A DNA stretch of 64,000 bases from Pelagomonas calceolata (GCA_918797485.1 CAKKNE010000003.1:1860001-1924000), one strand, 5' to 3'; numbered from the stretch's first letter, positions 21,442 through 32,763 are shown. The notes: a model not told the origin generated them from the letters alone. Numbers and translations are program-made.

Positions 21442-22123
21442 TCTGTTGTTGTGCCTCCTGAGCCTGGTGTTGGGTGTGCCTGCGCGCGCGCGCGTTGGCC
21501 GCCGCGCGTCCGGGGGATGGGAGGGCCGGGCTGGGAGGGCGCGCTGCGGTGCTTACCGGTGCGGCGCGCCGCGGTGCGGCCTCGGTTGGCAGCTTGCTAA
21601 TTGCTGCTGTGCCTTCCAGCCCCATCGAGAGCGACGGTTTTCCTACTAGCTCTTGTTGCTGTGCGCGTCGGAGGCGTCGGTCGGCTGCGTGCAGAGGTCC
21701 TGGGGCAGGCCCGTCTTGCTTGTTTGGTATTGGGTTGGTGCTTGGGGGGGCAGCCTCGGATGGGTGCTTTCGTCGAAGCAACGTGTGCAGACGGGGGTTT
21801 GAGGCTTCTGTGGGCTCGCAATGACCGGCTCTCATTCGGAATATTCAACGGAGGAGCTTGGACACGGTCACTCATCTCGTTTGCCGCTGTCCTCAAACTC
21901 GGCGTCCAGCGCGCCTCAGACCAAACCAAGGCGCGACGGGGGTCAGCCCGATAGCACCACTGCTCACAAATTTTTGTGGCGGTAACAGCGACCTCCGTAC
22001 TGAGAACCAAGTAAAGTTCATTGTGTGAAACTGCTTTGAACCGCTGCGCTAACGACGGTAAAAGACGTCCTGAGGCCCACCAGACGTTCTCAAATCACCG
22101 ACGCACCCCGCCGCACAAAAAAA

Positions 22124-22933
22124 ATGTGGACCTGGCGCGCCCTCCTCTTGAGCGGCGCCGTCGGCGTCTCCGTGGCCAACATTATAACAGTGATCGTCGC
22201 CTACGACGCCGTGGCTTTCCCGCACCAGATGATCTCGGACTACGTCGCGACGGCACCGGGCGCCGCCGTGGCGAACTGGGCCTGGCCCTTGTTTATTCTG
22301 AGCCACGCGCTCTTCGAAGCTCGGCTCTTCCACCGCATCAAGCAACACAAAGCAAAGGCACCACAAGCCTACAAGTACTGGGTCTACTCCTTATATGGTT
22401 TAGTATTCGGCTGGCTCTCCATGGTTCTTTGTCTGGTCTTCGACATCCGGTCCTGCCCGCGCGAGCACTCGGTGCTCGGCGGTCTGTACGGGGGCGCCTG
22501 GTTGCTAGGCCAGAGCATCCGCTGCGCCGTCGACGATGAGCGCGAGAAGCTGGGCCTTGCTAAAGCGCCGCGCCTGGCCCGGACGCGACTCGCGCTGTGC
22601 GTGCTCGAGGCGGCGACGGCGCCCTTCCTCGTGGCCGGCATGCAGCTTCCGTTAAAGTGGTGCCCTCACTGGCTCTCGGCCTTCTGCGTCGTCTGCGAGC
22701 ACGTGCTCTGGGTCCACGCGCGGACGCTGGTCTGCCTGGCGTCGTACTACCCGGACGCGGCTTCATTGGATGGCGTCATCGAGGCGCCTCGTCCGCGCTC
22801 GGCGCCGTCGTCGCCGGCGCGCCTGTCGCGCGTCATCGAGGCGGTCCGCGAGCACAACTCCAAGGTTCCCGATCTCGACAAACCGCGCAAGCGCATCGGC
22901 TTCCGCGCGCACGTCGTGGCCGGGCCGCTCTGA
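22124..22933 (+). CDS. Multi-pass membrane protein (Frag1/DRAM/Sfk1-like, tentative)
   Basis: About 6 hydrophobic segments, MISDY motif after TM1. Confidence 0.55.
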   Translation: MWTWRALLLSGAVGVSVANIITVIVAYDAVAFPHQMISDYVATAPGAAVANWAWPLFILSHALFEARLFHRIKQHKAKAPQAYKYWVYSLYGLVFGWLSMVLCLVFDIRSCPREHSVLGGLYGGAWLLGQSIRCAVDDEREKLGLAKAPRLARTRLALCVLEAATAPFLVAGMQLPLKWCPHWLSAFCVVCEHVLWVHARTLVCLASYYPDAASLDGVIEAPRPRSAPSSPARLSRVIEAVREHNSKVPDLDKPRKRIGFRAHVVAGPL

Positions 22934-23014
22934 TTTGTGTCTATCACGTCCCCCTAGCTATGTAACAAGAAGATGTCTATAGTATCACACTTACAACGCC
23001 GTCGCAAGCTCGAT

Positions 23015-23743
23015 TCAGCACCCGCGCGGCACGAAGTCCAGCGCCGCCAGGAACGCGGCGACGCAGACGCACGGCGCGTGGTCTGCTGCGACGCTCGTCG
23101 TCGGGACGTAGAACTGCACCGACGGCTCGGCCGTGAAGGGGTCAGAACCCGCGAAGGCCTCCCAGGCTGTGAACGTGGGTGCGGCACAGTGCTCGTCGAA
23201 GCCCTGTTTGCCGACGAAGCTCTCCTGGAAGTGGTAGACTCCTGGTACGGTGGCGCTTTCGCCCCAGGCGTAGCGCAGGTTCCGCGGCTCGCGAAGAGTA
23301 CTTACCGCGTTCGCCTCGATGATCTCCAAAAATTCGGTCAAGCGCTGCGGCTTCACGGAGAGCTGCACGTTGAGATTGTAGCGGTCGACGCCGGGCGCGG
23401 CGCACGCCGCGAGGTCCGCAAACCCAGCATCGTTCTCGTATTCTCCGCGAACGAGGGCCGAGTAGGCGTCGTTGAAGGGCGCCGGCAGCGCTCTGCCACT
23501 GCGTTGGCACGTCAACGCGAAGCACAGCTTCGCCGACGCCTCAGAAACGCGCCCCGTGCGCAGCGCTATCAGATAATCGCGCCGCGCGTCCTCGGTGCTT
23601 AAACTTGATCGCAGCTCCGCGGCGGCGTCGTGCGCGTCTCCGACGGCCGAGCCCCAATTCCACGCAGCGGTGCCCCACATCTTCTTCGTGGGCTGCAGCG
23701 CTGATGCAGTTACCAGCAGCGCTGCGAGTACGCTGCTGTGCAT
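23015..23743 (-). CDS. Targeted protein with ABM (antibiotic biosynthesis monooxygenase-like) domain
   Basis: Signal peptide ending ASA-L; VKPQRLTEFLEIIEANAVSTLREPRNLRY...YHFQESF...FDEH. Confidence 0.7.
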   Translation of the reverse strand: MHSSVLAALLVTASALQPTKKMWGTAAWNWGSAVGDAHDAAAELRSSLSTEDARRDYLIALRTGRVSEASAKLCFALTCQRSGRALPAPFNDAYSALVRGEYENDAGFADLAACAAPGVDRYNLNVQLSVKPQRLTEFLEIIEANAVSTLREPRNLRYAWGESATVPGVYHFQESFVGKQGFDEHCAAPTFTAWEAFAGSDPFTAEPSVQFYVPTTSVAADHAPCVCVAAFLAALDFVPRGC

Positions 23744-24073
23744 TAGAGTTGCACAGTGCTCCGAATAGGCTGTGCGAGGAGCCCTTGCGATGCGCTGTCT
23801 CGCGCGTGGTGAGCTGTCGCGCCACTGGGGAGCAAAAACAGCGCCAGAGAGGCTGCTCACACTTTTTGGAGTCTGCTCCAAAAACGCCGCTAGCCGCTAC
23901 CGGTCAAAGCAGCACCCGCCAATCACTAATCAGACGCTGCGCAAGCATAGCAAGCCTGCGGCCAGTGCCGCAACACAGCCTGCAGCCTCGCCTCTCACCA
24001 GGCAGCAGCCAAGTTACAAAAGCGGTCGTCGCGCGCCGGTCGCGCGCCGGTCGTTGCAGACAAGCAAGCAACC

Positions 24074-24505
24074 ATGAAGCAGCCATCAACGAAGGCAGAA
24101 TTTGACGCCATTCTCGCGGAGGCGGCCGCCGCCGGTAAGGCCGTCGTGGTCGACTTCACCGCGACCTGGTGCGGTCCATGCCAACGCATCGCTCCGTTGT
24201 TCGCGCAGCTGGCGTCGGAATTTCCGCAAGCAGATTTTATTAAAGTAGACGTCGACGAGAATCAGGAAACGGCGGCGGCCTGCCAGGTGTCGGCCATGCC
24301 TACCTTTAAGATCTTTCGCGACAAGCGAGAAGTTGGGATGCTCCGAGGCGCCGACCCGAATGGCCTGAGAGCTCTCATCCAGCAGCACGCTGGAGACAAG
24401 TGGAGCGTGGCGGGAGACGGTCAGGCGCTCGGCTCCTCGCAGGACACGGGCGGGATGAGCGAGCGGGAGAAACGTCTCGCGGCCCTGGAGCGCCGCGGGT
24501 TGTGA
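24074..24505 (+). CDS. Thioredoxin (h-type-like) with C-terminal extension
   Basis: VVDFTATWCGPC...FIKVDVDE...MPTF. Confidence 0.95.
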   Translation: MKQPSTKAEFDAILAEAAAAGKAVVVDFTATWCGPCQRIAPLFAQLASEFPQADFIKVDVDENQETAAACQVSAMPTFKIFRDKREVGMLRGADPNGLRALIQQHAGDKWSVAGDGQALGSSQDTGGMSEREKRLAALERRGL

Positions 24506-24546
24506 GCCGGCACGCACACCGTTGATTGTAAAAATGAAAATGTGTA

Positions 24547-25614
24547 TCACGAAACATCAACTTTAGCAACAGCCCCCGACGACGAAGATCGCCGCTCCCG
24601 GTACGGCTCCCGGCAGACCGGGCACGTCGGACACGCCGCCGCGCCGGCATCGCCCGGCCGGAAGCGCTCCATCGCGTCGACGCAGGCCGCGTGGAACTCG
24701 TGCGAGCAGGGCAGGAGCGTCGAGGCCTGCAGGGGCCCGAGGCACACGGCGCAGACCGCCTCCTCCTCGGCGCGGCGCTTCAAAGCGCGTGCCTCCGCCG
24801 CCGCCCAGACGGCGTCGGACGGCCGTTCCGGCTCAGCATCACGGCGCGGCGGCGGCGCCACGGCCGCCGCCAGCACCGCGCGCGCCGCCGCCACCGCGTC
24901 GTCGGACTCGGCGAACAGCGCGTCGAGCGCGTCGTCGCTCGCGCCCACGAGCTCGTCGTTGTGGGCGCGCACGGTGCGCGCGAGGAAGGCGAGACGTGCC
25001 CGCGCCTCGCCGCGGCCGGCGCCGTAGAAGGCCCGGCGGGCCGTGTCGGTCCGCTTGACCGCGAGCCGGGCCCGCGCGGCGCCCGTGAGGACCGTCGCCG
25101 CCGCGGCGCGCCGGTCGAGCGCCGCCCGCTTCGTCACGTGCTTATTGTAATTCGGTCGGCGGCACAACGCGCACCTCCTATTTTCAAAACCGAGGTGCCG
25201 CTCGAGCGCCGCGAGGCAGCTCGCGTGGAACGCGTGCGCGCAGTCGAGCAACATTGTCGACCCGTCTTCAAACCCAGAGAAGGGCCCCAGGCAGATCGCG
25301 CAGCCCGCCAGGAGGTCGCCGCGGGCCGACGCGGCGGCCTCGAGCGCTTTCCAATCAATTTTCGGCGCCGCGGGCTTCTCGTTCCGCACACGCTCCTCAA
25401 GATCCTCGCGGCGCGCGCGGGCGACCTCGGCGGCCTCGGCGTCGACGGAGGCGGCCCAGATGCGGCTGGCGACCACCGCGTGTGCGTCGCGGCGGCGCGG
25501 CATCCCCAGGTTCAGGGAGCGCACGCGCGCCGCCGCGAGCCGCGCGCCGACGGCCGCGTCGCTGGCGCTCGGCGCGACGGCGGCGTCGCGGCGCAGCCTC
25601 CGCCGGGAGAGCAT
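24547..25614 (-). CDS. RNF32: RNF32-like double RING-H2 protein
   Basis: Two RING-H2 motifs (CAIC..CAHAFHASC..CALCR; CAVC..CSHEFHAAC..CPVCR) separated by a degenerate IQ-like helix. Confidence 0.7.
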   Translation of the reverse strand: MLSRRRLRRDAAVAPSASDAAVGARLAAARVRSLNLGMPRRRDAHAVVASRIWAASVDAEAAEVARARREDLEERVRNEKPAAPKIDWKALEAAASARGDLLAGCAICLGPFSGFEDGSTMLLDCAHAFHASCLAALERHLGFENRRCALCRRPNYNKHVTKRAALDRRAAAATVLTGAARARLAVKRTDTARRAFYGAGRGEARARLAFLARTVRAHNDELVGASDDALDALFAESDDAVAAARAVLAAAVAPPPRRDAEPERPSDAVWAAAEARALKRRAEEEAVCAVCLGPLQASTLLPCSHEFHAACVDAMERFRPGDAGAAACPTCPVCREPYRERRSSSSGAVAKVDVS

Positions 25615-26061
25615 GGTTCCAGCCGATCGCGGCGGAGCGTTTGGAGGTCAGTGGTGACCCCTGCGGCTGGTACCACCGCTTGACTGCACTGCGCGTCGTC
25701 GCCGCGGCGCGTAGCAATCCAGTAAGACGATGGTTTGGTGGGCAGCTATCGAACGTGCGCCGCGTTGGTGGCCATTTTCAACGGATGCGGGGCATCTCGG
25801 TCCACGAATGCGTCGACGACGCGACGGGGTAATCGCTTTGGATCCGCCGCGCTCGAATCAGCCTGGACTGTAGACTGCAGCGGTTTTGCCCTCAGCGCCA
25901 GGTGCAGAACCAGGCTGCCCGAAGCCCCCATTTGCGTAGCAGCGCACGGCTGTCGTTCGCATTCCGTCCGACACGTTGCCTAGCAGCGTTGCGGCAGCCC
26001 CGCGGTGCCCGCGCGGGAGGTTGCTTGCTGCCCACAAGGTGGGGCAGCCCTTGCAGAAGCC

Positions 26062-28202
26062 ATGGTGAACGTCGCGAAGTTGGCCCCGGAGCCGTATTGC
26101 GGCGGCCCGGCGGGCGCCGAGGGCGAACCGCCGAGCCTCGACTCCTTCCCGTCGCTCCGCACCGCGGTCGCCCGGTCGTCCCGGACCTTCGACGTCAATC
26201 ACCTGCCGCTGGATTTACAGAGAGTCGTCGCCGACCTGACGGAGAAGTATGATAGGAAGTACGCTTTATGTGTTGCCTTCACGATCCGGACGGCCGTCGA
26301 GCTTCACAGGGGGTGGCACATGACGTTGCTCACGTCGAAAATTATGCAGCAGCTCAAGGACCGCTTCGACCTTAGCTTGACCTGGAAGCTCGGCGTGTTA
26401 CGCTTAGAATTCCGCCTCGACGAGGGCAATTACGAGCTGCATCGCAAGGTGCCCTACGACTACGACTCGGAGTTCCAGGACAAGTACACGCGCATCGCCG
26501 AGGCCCTCATGGCGGGGCACATTGATGTTGAAAGAGCCTTACAATATCAAGTCGAGGTGAAGCGCGGCGACCACACGGCGTGCTCCGGAAGGTTCTTCCG
26601 CGCGCCGCCGGGACGACTCGTGATCTACCCGTTCCTCGCGAACACGTGCTGCGTCATTTTCTTTGGCGGCGACTGGCGCGATTTCTGGGTCACGACGGTC
26701 TGCGGCATAGTCACGGGACTCATCGAGGTCGCCTGCGACAGCGCCGGGCCCATGGGCGGCATGGTGAAAGACACGGTCGTCGGCACGGCGACGGGCATAA
26801 TTGGGGGATTGGCGTACCAGCACTTCGGGGGCGAGTTGTGCCTGGCGTCTATTTTTTTAGGGACGTTGTATTGGTTCTTCTACGGGACGGCTTTTGTGAT
26901 TGGTCTGCTGGAGATCATTGCAGGGGAATTAGAAACTGGAGTGACCCGGTTCATCGCCGTCTCCGTCAAGACCTTTGTCTTGTGTCTCGGGGCGTCCTTC
27001 GGCATGGTGATAACCTTCCAGGACGCTAATGCAAGGTGGGATGGAAGTTTTGCGCACTGCGGCAGGATCAACCTCCAGCAGCAGTGGTGGCGCGTACCCC
27101 TGTATCTGGCGTGTTCCTTGGCGGCGTTGATGCAGTACCGGTTCCCGGTCGTGGACTACTGGCGGGGCCTCACGGTGCAGCTCGCCGCCTACGAGGCCCA
27201 GTACCAGGTCTTTCGGCACTTCGCGAAGAACCACGCGCGGGACAACATGGACTCGGCGACGGCAAACGTGGCCGGAGCCGTCGCGTCCGTGATCACGGCC
27301 TGCTTGTTATCCTACGTGGTGGACAACGGATTTAGACGGCCCTACTACAACCGGATGATGAGCGACGGGACGGCGGAGTCGGCGTTCGACCGTTTTGCCG
27401 CCAATTTGGTGACGAGCTTCACGAGGATCTTCCACGTGTGCGGTCTCGGGCGGGCGACAGAACTCAAGAAGCTGCAGCTCGCCGCGAAACTAAAAGATCG
27501 CGTCAACGACGTCTTGGACCCAACAACGTCGACGACAGAAGTAGTGTTCGAGGAGGGCGAAGAAAGTGCCTTAGTCGAGGCGATCGTCGGCGCCCAGGAC
27601 TTGTCGGTGTGGGCGACGCTCATGCCCGCCGTCTACCAGCTCGTGCCGGGCTCGATGATCGCGAAGCTCTGGTTCAGCATCATCTACCCGCCGGAGCTCG
27701 CGGTCGTCGAGGGAAGCTACGTCCTGCAGAACAACGTGTTTAGCGATCTGATGGTGCCGGCTCGTGTGGAACTTAATCGTGTCATTTTTACGCCATCGAC
27801 GCGACGTCAGCTCGACAATTTTCACGCCATCGACGCGCGTTGGCTCGATAATTTCCACGCCATCGACGCGACGTCGGCTCGACCACACAGGTAACAGCTA
27901 CCTCGCTTGCTTTAGGGTTGATCCTGGGCTTCGTCGTCGTCCGCGTCGGTGCCTCGTTTTTCTACTGGCTCTGTTTCTGCGGCTGCGGGCCGCCCTGCTC
28001 CTCGCCATGGGCGAAGCTGAAGGTGGGCAATGGAAATCCTGTCGACGTCGAGTCGGACACGACGCGGCCGGCGATGAGCGCCGCATGGGGAGATCTACGC
28101 GCCCACTTCCTGACGACGCGAATCGTCACCCGAGCACTCGCCGGGTTCAGCCCCAACGACGACCCACGTGACGATCCACGTGTTCTCGACAAGGAGCGAT
28201 AA
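26062..28202 (+). CDS. ThrE-family (threonine/serine exporter-like) membrane protein (667 aa; exons 26062-27753, 27891-28202)
   Basis: FFGGDWRDF, LVPG motifs, ~10 TM; intron 27754-27890 joins SDLM|VTATSLALGLILG. Confidence 0.75.
27754..27890 (+). mobile_element. Introner intron (137 bp) with three ~33-34 bp internal repeats
   Basis: GTGCCGGC|TCGTGTGG...CCACACAG|GTAACAGC; cores at 27791, 27825, 27858. Confidence 0.85.
28161..28197 (+). repeat. 37-bp direct repeat, left copy
   Basis: gacccacgtgacgatccacgtgttctcgacaaggagc, identical to 31312-31348. Confidence 0.95.
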
Positions 28203-28714
28203 ATAGGGCGAAATACGCCCCCCTTATCCTATACCCTTCCTACTTCTAGTATACACTTACATCACCCTTCAACACGCCACGCGTAATATAAACACAGTTA
28301 AACCAAAACTACTTAGTGTATTTTAAGATAGCTCCGCGGCAGACTATCTCAGCCGCCGTACACGCGTGGGCATGTCGCGGCGACGAACTAGATGACCGTG
28401 ACGAACTTGACGGGACGCGTTGCCGACGCCACGCCGTCGACGCGACGACGCCATCGACGCGGCGCGTACCAGGTACGATGTATAATATAGATGTTACGCG
28501 GCATCCTCCGCTCTATGTAATGCTCAGCGCCAACGACGAAGGCCCGACGCGGCAGCTATGAGCGGCAGCACGAACGGCTGGGCTGCTGGCACTTTACTAT
28601 TTGTGCCGTCGCGACGACGTGAAGCGCACGTCGCGGATGATATATATGTAAGAGCTTCAAATGATGTAATGACAACGTGTGCTCGGCGAATTAAGAAACG
28701 AAGGGCCGTGATGC

Positions 28715-30828
28715 TCACTTGCCGCGGCGGGCCCGCTTCTTGCGCTCACCCTCCCGCTTGTAGCCCGTGTCCTCGCCCGCCGTCCAGCCCGCGCGCACCG
28801 CCGCCACATCTAACACCTTGCCGTTCCACGTGAGGTCCGCCTTTCCGAGGCGCGCGCGTTCAGCCGCCGCACAAAGGCCAATAACAAATTCGCGCGTCAC
28901 GACGGAGTCATAGCCTCCGTGGTGCGCCTTGAAAGTCGGGGTCTGCTTGATGTGGCCGCAGAACACGGGTCCAATGCATTCGGTAGAAAGGCAGACGCCG
29001 TCGCGGCAATTAAATAGGGGGTGGCCCCGCGGGACGGCGCCATTTAGTTCGAGGTCGAGCATGTAGCGGATCGCTTCCAGAAGATTCATAACAGTAAAAG
29101 ACTGAGCGTCATCAAGATGAGCGTCCAGAAAATGTTTCTCTCCACCGCCCCAGTAGCCCAGGATGGAGCCGCCCTTCTGCTTGAGGTAGGCCTCTAATTC
29201 ATCTAAGAACTTCTGGAGTTCGTCGGCGCGATTGTCTGCTAGGGGAGTGCGGTACTTGCGCGTCTTGCCATTGTCGAAGCGACAAAACTTCGGAAGACCC
29301 CGCGACGACAAAAGCTTAGTGAAGAGCTGGTCGTAGCAGGCCCGGGCGGGACCAAAGCACATACCAATCTCATAGTAAAGAGCAATCAAGCCAAAAGAAG
29401 GGCCTTCTCCGTCAATAACACTTAAAGCCAAGTTCTGAGTAAAGGCCGCCACGAGCTGCATCACCCAGCCCGCGACCCGCGTGTTGCGCGAGCCACAGCG
29501 AGCGGGGTCCTTTGGATCAAAAGTAGACGGGCCGCCCTGAGTGAAGACGGCCCACAAATGGTCGTAGGCTTTGGCATGCTGGCCTGCCTGGCACATGGCA
29601 GTAAGGTAGATAAGGAACGGCCACTTCAAAGCTTGGGAGGCCTTGTTTCCACCACTAGCACCGTCGTTGCGTAAAGGCTTGCCCTCGGCGGCCCGCTTCG
29701 GTTTCGTGACCCTTTCATGATAGTTGTTGACGGCGTCTCTTTTCGCCTGGCGCTTCTCGGGCGACATGTCCTCGCGCCGCTCCTTGGCCCGCTCTAGAAT
29801 CAGATTCCTATCTCTACTATGGAAGCGAACGTTCCACAACTGGCCGTTGATGGACACGGGGTCCACGTACTCGGCAGGACCTGCGCGCGGAAGAAGCGTT
29901 GCCGGAGCTCTCGCGACGTGCGTGGGCGCTCTCGCGACCGCGCCGACGCGTCTCGACGACCGCGTCTCACGAATCACAATATTCTCGCGACCCGCTCGAC
30001 GGCATCACGGCGGCCACGTCGAAGGCCGTCGCGACGACCGCGTCTCACGACGCGTGCAGACGCTCCAAAGACCGCGTCGACGCGTCGCGGCGACCGCATC
30101 ACGTTCAAGTTTATTTTCTGCTCCGAGCCGTACCTTTACCCTCCTTCTTGCGGTACTCCTTCATGAAGAGTTCCGCATGGCGTGGGTTCTTGGGATTGAA
30201 ATTGCTAATTGTAGAGATGATGGCCACGACAATTGGTAATTGGAAGAAGGCAGCCGTGGCTTTTCTTTTTTCCTCGACCTTCTGCTGATGATCGGAGAGG
30301 TTGGACCCTTTGAGTCCAAATTTGTTCATCAGCGCTTCCTTCATCTTGGGCACTGTGTCCCGTTTGAGGTCGTAAGTAACACAGTGCGCCCGCAATTCAG
30401 GCTGTTTCATCATTCGGACGTCCTCCGCCGTGAACGGCGCAGACACCTCCTCCTCCTCCTCGTCGTCGTCGTCGTCCTCCTCGTCCTCGGACATGGGATC
30501 GCCCTCGGACTCGGAGGACTCCTCCACCGGGATCACATCCACATAGACCGTGATGTTCTCGGCCTTCAGTTTGATGTGCTCGAGCGGGCCTTCTACTTTC
30601 GTCGGGGCGCACGTGTACAGGTCGGTGTCTGAGTCGTAGCCCAGGACCTTGTAGCGCTTCTTGTGCCACGGCGAACGAACGACGTCGATGAACTTGCCTT
30701 CGAGTTCCGATTTTACCTCCTTGGGAGTAGGCACCTGCGCGGGACGTCATCATCACGTCGTCGACGTCGAAAATCTATTTCAACACAGGTATGCTGACCT
30801 TCACCAACTTGCCCTGAATGGCGCCCAT
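28715..30828 (-). CDS. Divergent SAP-like + DEDDh 3'-5' exonuclease-like protein (598 aa; exons 30828-30799, 30734-30134, 29880-28715)
   Basis: VRMMKQPELRAHCVTYDL (SAP-like); SVIDGEG...YEIG (ExoI), ILGYWGGGE (ExoII-like), AHHGGYD (ExoIII); basic C-terminal NLS-like tail; two GT-AG introns restore the frame. Confidence 0.6.
29881..30133 (-). mobile_element. Introner-like intron (253 bp)
   Basis: GTACGGCT vs next exon GTCCTGCC (5/8); shared 5' end with 20587-20746. Confidence 0.75.
30735..30798 (-). mobile_element. Short introner intron (64 bp)
   Basis: CTGTGTTGAAATAGATTTT matches the CTGTGTAGAAATCAAAT subfamily. Confidence 0.75.
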
Positions 30829-31262
30829 TTTTTACGGGTCCGCGCGCGTCTTGGTATATGCTTGTCGAGAGGGCGACGCGGCCCACGACGGCGGCGCGCG
30901 ACCTGCGGGCGTGGTAGGTTCGTGATCTGGGCCTCTCTCTCCTGCCTCTCTCGTGTATGGCCGCGGCTCAGAGGAGCAACAGTCTGATAGCGCAAACAGC
31001 GCCGTCCGCGGACGCGCGCGGCTAAAAATTTCGCAAGCAGGCGACCTTGGCTGTAGGACGCGGGCCACGCGCCTGTGCGCGCGCGGCTTGGCTAGGAGCT
31101 GCGTACACGCGCAGAACGCCAGAAAGCAACAGCCTACCCCGTGTGGTGTTGCCCATATTGTTGAATTTTTTCTAAAAATCATTTTTTCTATCCTAGCCTC
31201 CTTGCGGGCTCGGCGCCCGCGGCACACAGCCGAGACGAGCGTTTTTTTGCTGCTAGCTGCTT

Positions 31263-31284
31263 GCTAGTGACTTAATACACTAGG
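31263..31284 (-). promoter_or_regulatory. CTAG dyad motif inside the inserted segment
   Basis: Reverse complement cctagtgtattaagtcactagc. Confidence 0.55.
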
Positions 31285-31311
31285 CAACCGGAGCAAAATT
31301 ACCTACGCCTA

Positions 31312-31348
31312 GACCCACGTGACGATCCACGTGTTCTCGACAAGGAGC
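31312..31348 (+). repeat. 37-bp direct repeat, right copy (followed by AG-TAA, probable original gene end)
   Basis: Identical to 28161-28197. Confidence 0.95.
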
Positions 31349-31381
31349 AGTAACTTTATCACAATCAGCTTAGTGCACTCT

Positions 31382-32314
31382 TCACACCGTCAGGTCGACG
31401 ACTTTCGCCAACCGCGCGAGCGCCTTCTTGTAGCGCTCCTCGACATGCGGCCGCTCCAGGAGGTCGGCCGTCGCGAGGCCGGCTTTCCTGATGGTTTCCT
31501 TCATCTCCTTGATCGAGGGCGGCGGGGCGGGCGCGGCGGGCGCCATTGGCGGAGCGGTGGCAGGCGCGGGCGCGGCGGCCGGCGCGGCGGCCCCTCGGGG
31601 CTCGAAGAAACGCAGGCGCGCGGCCCGCTCAGCCTCCCGGTCGGTGGCCGAGGGCGCCGCGGCCGGCGCGGCGTCGTCGTCGCGGAGAAGCTTCTCTATA
31701 GCTGCCTGGAGCTGATCCTTGGCTCTGCGTGACCCGCACGACGAATGGCCCACGCCGTCGACGATGGAGTACGTGGCATTGCACGAGACCACAGCCTCGA
31801 GGGCGGCCCGGCCCGTCGGCACGTCCTGGCCGCGCCAGCCGCGGCGGTCGAGGTACTCGTCCCTAGAGCCACTGTGGAAGAGCAGTGCCGCATCGGCATT
31901 TACCTCTCGCAGCGCCGCGACGCGGTCCGAGCGCGCGTTGTCGCCATACAACGGGTACGAAACCATGACTGCGCAGTTGCGCCACGCGGCGCCGCGCTGC
32001 TTGAGGAGTCCGGCCACGATGCGGCAGCCGAAGCTCGAGCCGACGAGCACGACTGGTCCCTCCGTCGACGCATTTATGGCGGCCGCCTGGAGTTTTTTTA
32101 TGTTATTGGGCATGGAGTTGGGCCACGTTTTGAAATCCGTGAAGGTCACGACGCGGCCGATACGTGAGAGCACTTCCACGACTTGTTGGTTAGGCTTACA
32201 AAATAAGAAGGTCGGTCGGCTGCTGGTCCTCGGGCGCTTCGAGTCGCCAAACGCAGCGATGGTCGCATCTGCTGCTGCCGCAGCGTCGGCGGCGCGTTTC
32301 TTACAGCCAGACAT
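31382..32314 (-). CDS. Alpha/beta hydrolase (KANSL3/TEX30-like)
   Basis: VVLVGSSFGCR nucleophile elbow, SYPL, GSRD, GVGHS. Confidence 0.75.
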   Translation of the reverse strand: MSGCKKRAADAAAAADATIAAFGDSKRPRTSSRPTFLFCKPNQQVVEVLSRIGRVVTFTDFKTWPNSMPNNIKKLQAAAINASTEGPVVLVGSSFGCRIVAGLLKQRGAAWRNCAVMVSYPLYGDNARSDRVAALREVNADAALLFHSGSRDEYLDRRGWRGQDVPTGRAALEAVVSCNATYSIVDGVGHSSCGSRRAKDQLQAAIEKLLRDDDAAPAAAPSATDREAERAARLRFFEPRGAAAPAAAPAPATAPPMAPAAPAPPPSIKEMKETIRKAGLATADLLERPHVEERYKKALARLAKVVDLTV

Positions 32315-32515
32315 AGCTGCTTGGTCGCAGAATCGATTGATGCGCGCGCGGCGGAACGCTGCCAATGCTGGCAATTTGAAAGGGAGCAAGCTAGCGCAGC
32401 TAAGAGTTGTAATCGATGGCGGCGCCAGCGACTGTACGTTCCAAGAGATGCGTTGGCGGCTCGGGCGGGTCGGATAGGCCTCACGTGCGCCGTGCGCAGC
32501 AATTGGACTTGGATT

Positions 32516-32539
32516 GCTAGTGTCTTACAAGCCGCTAGC
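32516..32539 (+). promoter_or_regulatory. CTAG dyad motif (divergent gap)
   Basis: gctagtgtcttacaagccgctagc. Confidence 0.7.
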
Positions 32540-32763
32540 TAATCGCGCAGCTCGAGCTTGCGGACACAAATCGGCCGCAATAGATATTGCCAAGGCACAA
32601 ACGAGGCGCGAGGGGGGGCAATAGGCTGCGAGCCATCTACTCCCGCAGTTTGGGCGAGCCCTGCCCGAGAGAGGCGGAGTAATCCTCTCTACACGCCTTG
32701 CCTCTGCAAAGGCAAAAAACCAGGCCGCGCGAACCAAGAGACGACGCGGCCGCACAAAATAAA

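Larger units (their letters stand above)
28198..31311. mobile_element. Putative 3.1-kb inserted segment flanked by a 37-bp duplication
   Basis: Exact flanking direct repeat; visibly more AT-rich; one cargo gene; no transposase, RT or integrase recognised. Confidence 0.65.

Noticed and set aside
27781..27885. Repeat-spacer-like array resembling a mini-CRISPR
   Set aside because: The spacers are similar to each other, there are only three units, they lie inside an intron, and there are no cas genes
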